Below, piece after piece: positions 38,193-47,744 of a stretch of DNA of 64,000 bases. A program made the translations under genes and the position numbers. The stretch spans positions 2,592,001-2,656,000 of the forward strand of contig OZ244561.1 of assembly GCA_965217585.1 (NCBI GenBank), in the 5' to 3' direction. Position 1 is the stretch's first letter. Each line of letters starts with the position of its first letter. Below the pieces are notes generated by a model. The model was given only the letters and a program-made list of their open reading frames with translations, did no database searches and was not told where the DNA came from. This stretch comes from Candidatus Latescibacterota bacterium. GTDB taxonomy: Bacteria > Latescibacterota > UBA2968 > UBA8231.

Positions 38193-40043
38193 TCACTTGG
38201 TTTCTTCCGGGGCCAATACCCCCCAATACATATCTTGGTCTCCGAGCACTTCTACAGCCTTCGCTAGCTGCACATCCTCCTGCAATTCTGCAAGGAGTTG
38301 GGCCTTTCTTCCCCTGAAACGCAAGACTAGTTCTCGACGTAAAGCACTCTTTATATAAGGCGATAACTTGCTGCTATACCGCTGCTCCCATTCCTGTCCC
38401 ACCGCTACTCGTAGTTGATGAAGCGACTCCTGTGCCGCCGTACCCCAATCCATTTCCTCCGCCAAGTCCTCAAGTTCTTCTATTTTACTCAACCCTTTCT
38501 GGCCTTGATTCAGACTTCCGTCCTTAGTGCGGACGAATTTCATAAAGCTATTAACCATCTCATCGCTGACGGTCAAGCCAGGATGTTCCGCTGCCCAAGA
38601 AGAGTCTGCTGATACATAATCTATGACAAAGTCAAAGAAGAGCCGGCGACGCTCTAATTCTTGTACGTAAGGGGGAAATGGCTCCGGATCAATACTAATA
38701 TCTGGCTTAATACCGCCGCCGCCGAAGACTTTGCGCCCTTGCTGAGTATAATAGGTTCGGTTTGCAATACTGTCCGGCAATCCGTCCGCTCCTATCTTGG
38801 ATTTACCCACCAAGTCGCCCAAACGGATCAAGAGTATGCTCTCTGCGGACTCAGAATTCATATCAAAGTGAGATTGGAGCGCAGAAAGGGCCTTAGCCCT
38901 ATTCCCTGAACGCAAAACGAGGTCCATCACTAGCTGATGAGGCAGTTCTCTATCGCCGAACAGAACGCGATGCACCGGCCTAGCTATATTCTGTTCGCGG
39001 TGAATACTACGCCCACTTGGCGCGTAGTAGAGTGCCGTCGTCAGCTTCAGAGCACTAGACGCCTCTTCGGGTAGGTCGAATATGGTCTGTACTGAACCTT
39101 TGCCAAATGATGCCCCTCCTACAATCACTCCTCGATCGTTGTCTTGGATGGCTCCAGCAACGATTTCGGATGCGCTGGCGCTCCCCTCGTCAATCAGAAC
39201 TACCAAGGGTATATCTCGCGCAATAGAGGGACGGTGGGAATACTTGATTTCTTCTCTCCGCCCTTCGCGTTCCTTAATAGAAACGATCGGCACCCCTTGG
39301 GGTAAAAACAAATCCGCAACTTGGGTGGCTTGACTAAACAAGCCCCCTGGATTTCCTCGCAGATCTAAAATTAGCCCTTCAACCCGAGGGAGGCTTTTTA
39401 GCGCCTCTTCTACTTCACTGGAGGTATGCTCGGAAAAACGCGTCCGGCGCATACTTATATAACCGATTTTGCCTCTGAGCTCCTCTACCAGCACAACGCT
39501 CTTGATCCTGATAATTTCCCTTTGAATCTCAACTTCGCGCGGCGTTGCTCCCAAGTGGGTGGCGACCGAGATTGCAACCTTTGTGCCAGGGTCCCCGCGC
39601 AGCGCATTGACCACACACTCAAGCTGCATATCCAAGGTACTTTTACCCTCGACGGCGACGATCAAGTCGCCCGGCCTCAGCCCCGCCCGAAAGGCAGGAG
39701 TATCCTCAATAGGGGAAATTACCACAGGGAAACGATCTTTTATGGCAACCGTAATCCCCAACCCCGCGAACTTGCCCGTCGTGTCTTGGCGCAACTGGCG
39801 CAAAGCTTCCTCGTCGAAGTACTCGCTGTATGGATCGAGTTGGCCGAGCAGGCCCTTGATGGCTGCGCTCATAACTTCCTCTTGGTCCAGACGGGCGTAA
39901 TAATTTTCCAGAATGCGCGAATACACTGCTCCGAAACGCTCCCAACTGGCATTTACCTCAGCATACGGATCTTCCGTAGTCACAGCATGGATTGCGCCCC
40001 CACTTGCAAACAAAAAAATCAATCCCACTAAGATGTGTCTCAT
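38193..40043 (-). CDS. S41A carboxy-terminal processing protease (PDZ) with a helical insert
   Basis: LDPYS, GLGI, DLRGNPGG, SASASEI, FGKGSVQ; signal peptide. Confidence 0.93.
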   Translation of the reverse strand: MRHILVGLIFLFASGGAIHAVTTEDPYAEVNASWERFGAVYSRILENYYARLDQEEVMSAAIKGLLGQLDPYSEYFDEEALRQLRQDTTGKFAGLGITVAIKDRFPVVISPIEDTPAFRAGLRPGDLIVAVEGKSTLDMQLECVVNALRGDPGTKVAISVATHLGATPREVEIQREIIRIKSVVLVEELRGKIGYISMRRTRFSEHTSSEVEEALKSLPRVEGLILDLRGNPGGLFSQATQVADLFLPQGVPIVSIKEREGRREEIKYSHRPSIARDIPLVVLIDEGSASASEIVAGAIQDNDRGVIVGGASFGKGSVQTIFDLPEEASSALKLTTALYYAPSGRSIHREQNIARPVHRVLFGDRELPHQLVMDLVLRSGNRAKALSALQSHFDMNSESAESILLIRLGDLVGKSKIGADGLPDSIANRTYYTQQGRKVFGGGGIKPDISIDPEPFPPYVQELERRRLFFDFVIDYVSADSSWAAEHPGLTVSDEMVNSFMKFVRTKDGSLNQGQKGLSKIEELEDLAEEMDWGTAAQESLHQLRVAVGQEWEQRYSSKLSPYIKSALRRELVLRFRGRKAQLLAELQEDVQLAKAVEVLGDQDMYWGVLAPEETK

Positions 40044-40045
40044 GG

Positions 40046-40726
40046 TTACTTTTTCTCCTCGGGAAACCACGGCAACCGCTCGCGGAGTGCGTTCCGAATC
40101 TCTTTGGCCAGTTGGTCTATTCCGAGCTGTGCGTCAAAAACCAAGGCTGCCTGGTCTTTCTTGGCGATCTTTTTGTAGCCTTGGGCGACTTTCCTTTGTA
40201 GTTGCTCTCCGCCGGCTTCCTCCAAGCGATCCTCGGCGCGAGGAGAGAATGAATCCCCCTGTCTAAATAAATCCCCCTGTCGATCTATCCGCGCCCAAGT
40301 CACTTCTACGGATAAGTCCAAATATACTGTCAATTCCGGCAAGCATTCCCCTACTGCTAGACTATTGACTTGCTCGACCATTTTTAGATTCAAGCCGCGC
40401 CCATAACCCTGATAAGCTAGCGATGATGCGATATAGCGATCACAAATAACTACCTTCCCTTGATCTAGCGACGGCTGAATTACCTCTTCTACATGCTGTG
40501 CACGGTCAGCCCCATAGAGGAAAAGCTCCGCCACATGGGAGATGGCCTCCTGTCTTGGGTCGAGAACAAGACGGCGAATCCGCTCTCCAATCGGCGTCCC
40601 GCCTGGCTCTCTGGTAAGTGTAACCGGAAGACCCGTTCCCCTTAAGTACGACGCCAGCAGGCGGGATTGGGTTGTAGTTCCACTCCCATCAATTCCTTCA
40701 AAAACAATGAAATGACCCTGGGACAC
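40046..40726 (-). CDS. tmk: Thymidylate kinase
   Basis: FEGIDGSGTTT, TREPGG, CDRY..SSLAYQG; GTG start inferred. Confidence 0.93.
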   Translation of the reverse strand: MSQGHFIVFEGIDGSGTTTQSRLLASYLRGTGLPVTLTREPGGTPIGERIRRLVLDPRQEAISHVAELFLYGADRAQHVEEVIQPSLDQGKVVICDRYIASSLAYQGYGRGLNLKMVEQVNSLAVGECLPELTVYLDLSVEVTWARIDRQGDLFRQGDSFSPRAEDRLEEAGGEQLQRKVAQGYKKIAKKDQAALVFDAQLGIDQLAKEIRNALRERLPWFPEEKK

Positions 40727-40772
40727 GACAGGAGGAGAATCGCAGTAAAGTCCGATTAGCCCCTTATCAGGA

Positions 40773-41477
40773 CTACTGGACTGAGGCGGGCGAATTGGCA
40801 CCAGATTTCAGCCTATTGCGGATATGAGCGAGGCGCTCAACAACCGTATAGTTGGTCGTAACGGCCAATAAAACCAGCACAAAAACCAACCCTTGATGGC
40901 CCATCAGGCTCCCCACGGCCAAGGCAATTAGACGTTCCGGGCGCTGCATAAAGCCCACCTTACAATCCTCGCCCAGCCCCTCTGCACGAGCCCTTACATA
41001 ACTAACCATCAGCGAACCAGTAATTGCAAAAAAGAGGATCCCCGAGGGAATCCACTCATCGCGGCCAATCAAATACGCGCCGATTCCAAAATAAATAAAT
41101 ATCTCAGAGTATCGATCTGTTGTCGAATCCAATAAGGCTCCGAACTTGGTCTCCTTGTGGCCTTCTCTTGCAACTTGTCCATCCAAGATATCGCAGAGAC
41201 CGGCAGCCATCATAATGAGAGCCCCCCATTGTAAATAACCTCGGGCAAAAGCCGCAGTGGCTCCCACGTTCATAACTAACCCCATCAGCGTCAGCCAATC
41301 AGGTCTGAAGCCCAAGCGAATAAACAAACGCGCCAACGGTCTAAGGATGACCAAACACCACTTTTTCAGATATTTATCTAGCAAAAAAGAACCTATTTGT
41401 AGAGGTAGGAGGCCATTGAGAGCCAGTATCCTCGATAACCAAGGGAAAATATACGTTGTTTTTTTAGTTTTTTCCAA
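40773..41477 (-). CDS. CDP-alcohol phosphatidyltransferase
   Basis: DILDGQVAR..FGALLDSTTDR, SYVRARAE; the true start is probably downstream of 41477. Confidence 0.9.
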   Translation of the reverse strand: MEKTKKTTYIFPWLSRILALNGLLPLQIGSFLLDKYLKKWCLVILRPLARLFIRLGFRPDWLTLMGLVMNVGATAAFARGYLQWGALIMMAAGLCDILDGQVAREGHKETKFGALLDSTTDRYSEIFIYFGIGAYLIGRDEWIPSGILFFAITGSLMVSYVRARAEGLGEDCKVGFMQRPERLIALAVGSLMGHQGLVFVLVLLAVTTNYTVVERLAHIRNRLKSGANSPASVQ

Positions 41478-41494
41478 AAGATTTTACCTTAGAG

Positions 41495-41652
41495 TTTTCC
41501 ACACTCTCACGAGCAAGTTTTCCACATTACACCTTATCGACTCTACTCAATACTTCCCTAAATCGAAACCTATCTATTGGCTAAAATTAGACATATAAGC
41601 CTAAAAAAGACCCTAAACCCCGTAGTTTCTTCTTATTGTGACTTGTGGATAA
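41495..41652. promoter_or_regulatory. Secondary DnaA-box cluster
   Basis: TTTTCCACA at 41495 and 41518; TGTGGATAA at 41644; AT-rich intergenic DNA. Confidence 0.7.
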
Positions 41653-41721
41653 GCGTGGGTAAAACTGATCTCGGAATGCCCAATCCCTTTGGACCTACGA
41701 GACCCTGCTGAGCTATCAATG

Positions 41722-42339
41722 CTAGCAATTAGTGGCGTGAAATAGCCCTAATGCACTCCCGACTCGATCCGTCCTCCATGCCAACAACCCCGAATGGGCA
41801 GCATCTTCTCCAAGTGTTGAAAGAATCCAACCGTGAGGAGACAAATGTCTTTGTACTAAATTAAGCAGTTTCTCTGGAGGGGCCACTGCTCTCGCAGTGA
41901 CCAAATCAGCTCCTACAGGACTCAAATTCTCTATCCGCTCGTTTACAACTTCGATGCGGTCAAGCTCCACGGACCTTACAACCTCCTTGAGAAAGTGAGC
42001 CCGCTTCCTCCTGCTTTCGACGAGAATAAAGTATGAATCGGGAAGAGCGATTTTCAATGGAATAGCTGGAAATCCAGCTCCTGATCCTAGATCCATAACC
42101 AGCCGACGAGGGATACTTGCTACAACCGGGACCATAGTCAACGCCTGTCTCAAGTGCTTGGTTGCTACGATGGACAAATCTCGCCGAGAGACAAGACTGA
42201 CTCTTCTCGACCACCGACTCAAGAGATATAGATATATTTCCAGCTTGGGCCAGACATCTTCAAAAGAACAAGATAGATCTCTTTTTCTTTTTAACCGCTC
42301 AAAGTCCTCACGAATCTCGGATGGCAGTTGAATTACCAT
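41722..42339 (-). CDS. rsmG: 16S rRNA m7G527 methyltransferase
   Basis: DLGSGAGFPAIPL, ESRRKR, TARAV. Confidence 0.93.
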   Translation of the reverse strand: MVIQLPSEIREDFERLKRKRDLSCSFEDVWPKLEIYLYLLSRWSRRVSLVSRRDLSIVATKHLRQALTMVPVVASIPRRLVMDLGSGAGFPAIPLKIALPDSYFILVESRRKRAHFLKEVVRSVELDRIEVVNERIENLSPVGADLVTARAVAPPEKLLNLVQRHLSPHGWILSTLGEDAAHSGLLAWRTDRVGSALGLFHATNC

Positions 42340-42348
42340 ATCAAAACA

Positions 42349-42364
42349 TGTTTCACGTGGAACA
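42349..42364. promoter_or_regulatory. parS site
   Basis: TGTTTCACGTGGAACA. Confidence 0.9.
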
Positions 42365-42421
42365 CTCGCGTTGTCTCAATACGGCACGGAAGATTTCATG
42401 GGCATCGTGATAAGACCTCCA

Positions 42422-42437
42422 TGTTTCACGTGAAACA
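42422..42437. promoter_or_regulatory. parS site (perfect palindrome)
   Basis: TGTTTCACGTGAAACA. Confidence 0.93.
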
Positions 42438-43799
42438 TTACTTGCCGATGCAAAATTGGGAGAAAATGGAATCAAGTACTTCCTCCTCTATTGTCTCTCC
42501 CAGCATCTCTCCTAGGGCATTCAAGGCGTCTTGGAGTTCGGCTACGACGCACTCATCGGGCTGGCTGGACCTCAGAAGCTCCTCTGCTACAGCACCGGAT
42601 TTAGCTACCCGCAAGAGGCAATCTTGGTGGCGTTGACGGGTGATCCCGATTCCATCTATTTCCCCTCTCTGGGGCAATAGGGCTGTCACTTCCCTCTTTA
42701 ACTCTTCAATACCGAACTCCCTAAGTGCTGATATTTCAACGGATACCGAGGCCCGTACTTCGATCTTAGATCTACTACTAATGACTGGCAAATCAACCTT
42801 GTTGAAGACAGCAATTGACTTCTTATCAGCCGGAAGCAGGTCCAACACAGCCATATCGTCCTCACACGACTCAGCCGAGCTGTCGAATACCGCTAAAACC
42901 ACGTCAGCTTCCCCAACCGCCTGAGACGCCCGTTCAATTCCCTCTTTTTCGATCAGGTTATGGCTTTGCCTAATCCCAGCCGTATCGACCAGTCGTATCG
43001 TCTCTCCTTCCCATGTGGTCCGACCTTCCACTAAATCTCGAGTCGTTCCTGGTAAGGGAGTGACTATTGCCCGGTCTTCACCGAGCAACACGTTGAGCAA
43101 TGTGGACTTACCTACGTTGGGACGCCCGATAAGCACTACTAAATATCCTTCTTGACGTCGCCTTGTTCCCTCGAATGTTTCGGCAAGCCGCAAAGAGGAC
43201 TCAACTACCTCACGCAGCGCGATCTGTATTTCTTGACGCCCAATACCATCGATGTCCTCGTCGGAAAAATCGAGCCCGATTTCGAGCAGTGATAGCATCT
43301 CAACCAATTTCCTCTTAAGCTCTTTCACCATCTTAGATAGACGGCCACTGGCCAAGCCATAGGCATTATCGAGATGCGCTTTAGAGCTGGCCTGGATGAG
43401 GTCGATTACAGCCTCAGCCTCTAATAAGTCCAACTGGCCATTGAGAAAAGCTCGACGGGTAAACTCACCTGGGGCGGCGGCGGCGGCACCCAAGCTAATC
43501 GCTTCCTCGACGACTGACTCTAATACGACTGTACTGCCGTGGCAGCTAATCTCGACTGTATCTTCACCGGTGTAAGAGTGAGGAGCTGCAAAGACCCAAG
43601 CGACTCCGGTGTCGATTTCCCGACCGCCAGCCCATATACGCCCGTATTCGACGTATCGGACTCGCTTACCGAGTGGTGGATGGGACCGAAAAATCTGCTG
43701 GCTAATAGACAAGGCTTCAGGCCCACTCAAACGCACTATCCCAATTCCCCCCTCCCCCCGTGGCGTAGAGATCGCGACAACAGTATCGGTCTGTATCAA
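42438..43799 (-). CDS. mnmE: tRNA modification GTPase MnmE
   Basis: DTVVAISTP, GEFTRRAFLNG, GRPNVGKS, DTAG, FCIGK. Confidence 0.97.
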   Translation of the reverse strand: MIQTDTVVAISTPRGEGGIGIVRLSGPEALSISQQIFRSHPPLGKRVRYVEYGRIWAGGREIDTGVAWVFAAPHSYTGEDTVEISCHGSTVVLESVVEEAISLGAAAAAPGEFTRRAFLNGQLDLLEAEAVIDLIQASSKAHLDNAYGLASGRLSKMVKELKRKLVEMLSLLEIGLDFSDEDIDGIGRQEIQIALREVVESSLRLAETFEGTRRRQEGYLVVLIGRPNVGKSTLLNVLLGEDRAIVTPLPGTTRDLVEGRTTWEGETIRLVDTAGIRQSHNLIEKEGIERASQAVGEADVVLAVFDSSAESCEDDMAVLDLLPADKKSIAVFNKVDLPVISSRSKIEVRASVSVEISALREFGIEELKREVTALLPQRGEIDGIGITRQRHQDCLLRVAKSGAVAEELLRSSQPDECVVAELQDALNALGEMLGETIEEEVLDSIFSQFCIGK

Positions 43800-43821
43800 G
43801 GAATCGAGATCCGGCTGAAAT

Positions 43822-45534
43822 TCAAGTGCTGGAAGGAGTGGCTTCTTTCTTAAAATGATTGACCAATAGCTGTTGGCCAATCGTCAGGACGTTGAAGATA
43901 GTCCAGTAGAGTACTAATCCCGATGACATGCTCCAAAAGATAAAAATCATCACTGCTGGCATCATGTAAACCAGAACGGCCTGTTTGGGATCCTTCATAG
44001 TCATCTTCTGTTGGATAAGCATGGAGACAGCCATTAATAATGGCAGAACATGAAGACCGAAACCGCCGATTAGCAACTCGTCAGGAAGGGAGAGATCTTG
44101 TATCCAAAGAGTAAAAGGCGCTTGGCGCAACTCGATTGTTTTGCCAAAAAGATTGTAGAGCGAAATGAAAATAGGCATTTGCAACAAGAGCGGCAGACAC
44201 CCCCCAAGAGGATTGACGCCTTCTTCTTTATAGAGCTTCATGGTTTCGCGGCTCAGGCGTTGGTTGTCGTTCTTGTACTTCTCGCGTAGTGCGGTAATTT
44301 TCGGCTGAATCGCCTGCATTTTCGCCGCAGACTCATACGTTTTGTGCGTGAGCGGATAGACGATAATTTTGATGACAACGGCGAAAAGGACGATGATCCA
44401 CCCATAGTTGGGGATGTATTGATGGGTCGCGATAAATAGAATGAGCAGAAAGCGGCTTATCTGACTTACGATTGGCCATCCGAAATCAATAGCCTGCTCT
44501 AGTTCGGCCTCATAGCCGATGAGCTCGTCGTAGTTGAGTGGGCCCAGATAAACCGTGTTGTGCCAAGAACCAGACCGTTCGAGCCGGCGACCTATCTGAA
44601 AAGAATAGTCGGGTAGCAAATTCGACCCTTGGTGGTTGCCCTGTAAGACGACGAGAGAACGCTGCTCTCTATCGGCGGGGACGCAGGAAATCAAGAAGTA
44701 CTTGTTGCGAATACCCGCCCATTTTAGCAACCCTTTGTCCTCCAACTCGTCCGATTCCCCATCGTCTACCTTGAGTTCGACCCGTTCTTCGTTGATATAG
44801 GCAAAAGCCCGCATTTCAGGTAGGTCAATTTCCGGCTCACGCTCGGTAAACGCTATGCCGTTTTCCCAAGTGAGTATGGCTTCGGTATCGTCGTCAAACC
44901 CTTCGTGGCGCACCTGGAGATCGAATCCATAACGATCCCCATTAAAGGTCAAGACCTTTTCCAGTCTCCTGCCGCCACCGAGTTGGGCTACCATGATTAG
45001 GGATTGCTCTTCCCCGGGTCCAACCTGCAGACTCGACAGGTTGGCAACAAACTCCGCCGAGGAGATATCCTCCCTGTAGTTTGCTCTTTGTAGATGAATT
45101 CCCAAGCCGCTGCCGGCTGGAGGCAGCAGTTCGATAGTACTTCCATCTACATCTCTGTATTTTAATAGTTTACACGATGTAATAGTGCCGCCCTTTGTAG
45201 AGATAACAAAGCTTTGAAGCGGAGTTTGTACTACAATTTCTTCCGAGATAAAGGACGGACTTTCGGCCGATTCGACCCTTTCAATGCCCTGAGACCGAAC
45301 GGGTGCTGGCCCTTCCGTATGGAGCTGTTCTGCAGGCTCGGGATCTCGTATGGGCTCGGCTTCAAATTGCTCTTCAGCAACAGGGTCCGTTTCAGGGCTC
45401 GGCTTTTGCGGCATGGATTCCTGAGACGGAGACTCGGGCTTAGGATTTAGCCCCATCCATTCATTATAATAGGGAAGCAAAAGGAAAATCAAGCCGATGA
45501 CGAGAAAGGCCAACAGGGTCCGCTTATCTTCCAT
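43822..45534 (-). CDS. yidC: Membrane protein insertase YidC
   Basis: NYGWII, GVNPLGGCLPLLLQMP, WIQDLS, GLVLYW. Confidence 0.97.
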   Translation of the reverse strand: MEDKRTLLAFLVIGLIFLLLPYYNEWMGLNPKPESPSQESMPQKPSPETDPVAEEQFEAEPIRDPEPAEQLHTEGPAPVRSQGIERVESAESPSFISEEIVVQTPLQSFVISTKGGTITSCKLLKYRDVDGSTIELLPPAGSGLGIHLQRANYREDISSAEFVANLSSLQVGPGEEQSLIMVAQLGGGRRLEKVLTFNGDRYGFDLQVRHEGFDDDTEAILTWENGIAFTEREPEIDLPEMRAFAYINEERVELKVDDGESDELEDKGLLKWAGIRNKYFLISCVPADREQRSLVVLQGNHQGSNLLPDYSFQIGRRLERSGSWHNTVYLGPLNYDELIGYEAELEQAIDFGWPIVSQISRFLLILFIATHQYIPNYGWIIVLFAVVIKIIVYPLTHKTYESAAKMQAIQPKITALREKYKNDNQRLSRETMKLYKEEGVNPLGGCLPLLLQMPIFISLYNLFGKTIELRQAPFTLWIQDLSLPDELLIGGFGLHVLPLLMAVSMLIQQKMTMKDPKQAVLVYMMPAVMIFIFWSMSSGLVLYWTIFNVLTIGQQLLVNHFKKEATPSST

Positions 45535-45579
45535 AGGTTTTACTTACCCTTTTATAAACAACGTGTTATTAACATGCTA

Positions 45580-45789
45580 CTAGCGCAAAGGATCGTACCC
45601 ATGCCCTCCCCAAGGATGGCAACGACTAATCCGCTTTAGCGCAAGCATCCCGCCTTTGAGTGTCCCGTACTTATCTAGTGCTTCTTCGGCATATTGGGAA
45701 CAAGTAGGTTGATAACGACAGGATGGAGGAAGGTATGGAGACAGGAGAAGACGGTAGGCTCGGACGACGAAAAGGACGATTTGCTTCAT
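45580..45789 (-). CDS. yidD: Membrane protein insertion efficiency factor
   Basis: CRYQPTCSQY..RISRCHPW..GYDP. Confidence 0.95.
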   Translation of the reverse strand: MKQIVLFVVRAYRLLLSPYLPPSCRYQPTCSQYAEEALDKYGTLKGGMLALKRISRCHPWGGHGYDPLR

Positions 45790-46046
45790 AGTGGGACGAG
45801 ATTTGCTACCAAGGAGTCCAGTTCCCTTTCCAAGTCAGCAAAGGGAGCTTCAACGGCTGACGGTTGGCAGAAAACGACCAGATTGCGAGGAAAGTACGGA
45901 TGGCTGCGGCAAATGCTGCGCAGGCGCCGCTTGAGTCGGTTGCGCTTTACAGCATTGCCCAGCTTGCGGCGGACGACAAATATTTGACCGCGATCTTCCC
46001 GACCGCAGCGGATCCAAAAGCAACGGCCTCTAACCCAGGCCATCAA
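45786..46046 (-). CDS. rnpA: RNase P protein, N-terminally short
   Basis: RKLGNAVKRNRLKRRLR; lies between rpmH and yidD. Confidence 0.88.
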   Translation of the reverse strand: MMAWVRGRCFWIRCGREDRGQIFVVRRKLGNAVKRNRLKRRLRSICRSHPYFPRNLVVFCQPSAVEAPFADLERELDSLVANLVPL

Positions 46047-46049
46047 ACG

Positions 46050-46184
46050 CTAGACTGCTAGCTGCTTGCGGCCCTTCCGACGACGACGATTGATTATATT
46101 GCGACCGGCTGGAGTGCTCATGCGCTTGCGAAAACCGTGCTTGTTGCGGCGGCGCCTGTTGCTAGGCTGAAAAGTGCGTTTCAA
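46050..46184 (-). CDS. rpmH: 50S ribosomal protein L34
   Basis: TTG start, [21 protein letters not shown]. Confidence 0.97.
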   Translation of the reverse strand: MKRTFQPSNRRRRNKHGFRKRMSTPAGRNIINRRRRKGRKQLAV

Positions 46185-46320
46185 AATAAAATTTTCACCT
46201 CGCGTTAGTTTATGCGCAGTATACGCAAAATAGTTCAATTTAGTGGCTATTCTAATTGGTGTCAATACTTTTAACTCTTTGAACGCTAACGAATTTTAAC
46301 GGCAACCCCGAGGGAGACTC

Positions 46321-46349
46321 TTGACTGCCATACGCCTTCTTTATAGGTT
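46321..46349 (+). promoter_or_regulatory. Putative dnaA promoter, possibly giving a leaderless mRNA
   Basis: TTGACT-N17-TAGGTT, then 6 nt to the ATG; no SD. Confidence 0.55.
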
Positions 46350-46355
46350 GAAAAA

Positions 46356-47744
46356 ATGGCACTGAAAATACAAGATCCCCAAGAACTCTGGGCTCAATGT
46401 CTGCTCAATATCGAGCGTCAGGTTCGTCCCCAAAGTTTTGCTAATTGGTTTCTCCAGACTTCAGTAAACCACTTCGACGAAAACTCGTTGGTCATCCAAG
46501 TTCCCAGTGCATTTTCCGCCGCTTGGGTAGAGGAGCACTACTTGCAGATGATCCAATCAGTAGTACGGGAAGAGACAGCGCTGACTCCAAAGATCTCTTT
46601 TGTCGTTGCACAAGCACCCCAACCAGCTCTCGATCAAGTACTCCCTATCCCTGCTCCTGAAGAAGAATCCACAGAAGACGAACAAGAAGAAGTAGAAGCC
46701 GGTCCCGCTCAAATATCGCTCAACCAGCGCTATACCTTTGAAGAATTCATCATTGGCGATAGCAATCAAATTGCCCTTGCAACGGCCTTAGCCGTAGCTA
46801 ATGCCCCAGGTAAGACGGAATTTAATCCCCTCGTGATTTATGGCGGTGCCGGGCTAGGTAAAACACATCTGCTCCAAGCGATTGGGCATCACGCTCATAG
46901 CCTCAACCTAGCTAAGAAGGTCGTTTTCGTCACCTCGGAAAAATTTATGGGCGATTTCGTCCAAGCGCTCGCTCAAGGCCGCGATAAGACGAGTGAGTTT
47001 AAGAATTTCTACCGCAGCGCGGATATCCTCCTTGTCGACGACATCCAGTTTCTGCTCCACGGCGAACGGACCCAAAACGAATTTTTTCACACCTTTAATG
47101 CCTTGCACCAGTCCGAGAAGCAGATTGTCATGACCTGTGACAGTCCTCCTGGCCATCTTGATGGGTTAGAAGAAAGGCTGAAATCCCGCTTCATATGGGG
47201 TTTGGCCACCGCAATAAATCCGCCTGAGCTCGAGACTCGGATCGCCATCCTCCACAAAAAGGCCGAGCGCAACGGTATCCGGATTCCCAATGATGTGGCC
47301 GCTCTTTTGGGGAATTATATCCGATCGAATGTCCGCGAACTTGAAGGTACGTTGATTAGCTTGATGGCCTACTGCTCAATCCATAAGAAGGAACTCGACA
47401 TCGAGGCGGCCAAGCATATTCTAGATGAATTGGGGCCCAGCCCATCGGAACTGAGCATTGAGGCGATCCAGCAGCAGGTCGCTGACCACTTTAACCTGAC
47501 TCAGGAGCAACTCACTGGAAAAGGACGCAAGCAAGAAGTTGTAGCAGCACGGCACCTTGCTATGTTCCTAATCAAGCGTCTAATCGGCAGTCATTTCACT
47601 ACCATTGGCCTGCACTTCGGCAACCGCGATCACAGCTCAATCATCCACGCTGTACGCACTGTTGAGAAGAGGTGTAAAAACGATCCCGCCTTCGCCAGAC
47701 TAGCCGAGGATTTGTCCAATACCATCCGTCGGCAAAACCGCTAA
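46356..47744 (+). CDS. dnaA: Chromosomal replication initiator DnaA
   Basis: GGAGLGKTHL, DDIQF, SNVRELEG, RDHSSIIHA. Confidence 0.98.
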   Translation: MALKIQDPQELWAQCLLNIERQVRPQSFANWFLQTSVNHFDENSLVIQVPSAFSAAWVEEHYLQMIQSVVREETALTPKISFVVAQAPQPALDQVLPIPAPEEESTEDEQEEVEAGPAQISLNQRYTFEEFIIGDSNQIALATALAVANAPGKTEFNPLVIYGGAGLGKTHLLQAIGHHAHSLNLAKKVVFVTSEKFMGDFVQALAQGRDKTSEFKNFYRSADILLVDDIQFLLHGERTQNEFFHTFNALHQSEKQIVMTCDSPPGHLDGLEERLKSRFIWGLATAINPPELETRIAILHKKAERNGIRIPNDVAALLGNYIRSNVRELEGTLISLMAYCSIHKKELDIEAAKHILDELGPSPSELSIEAIQQQVADHFNLTQEQLTGKGRKQEVVAARHLAMFLIKRLIGSHFTTIGLHFGNRDHSSIIHAVRTVEKRCKNDPAFARLAEDLSNTIRRQNR

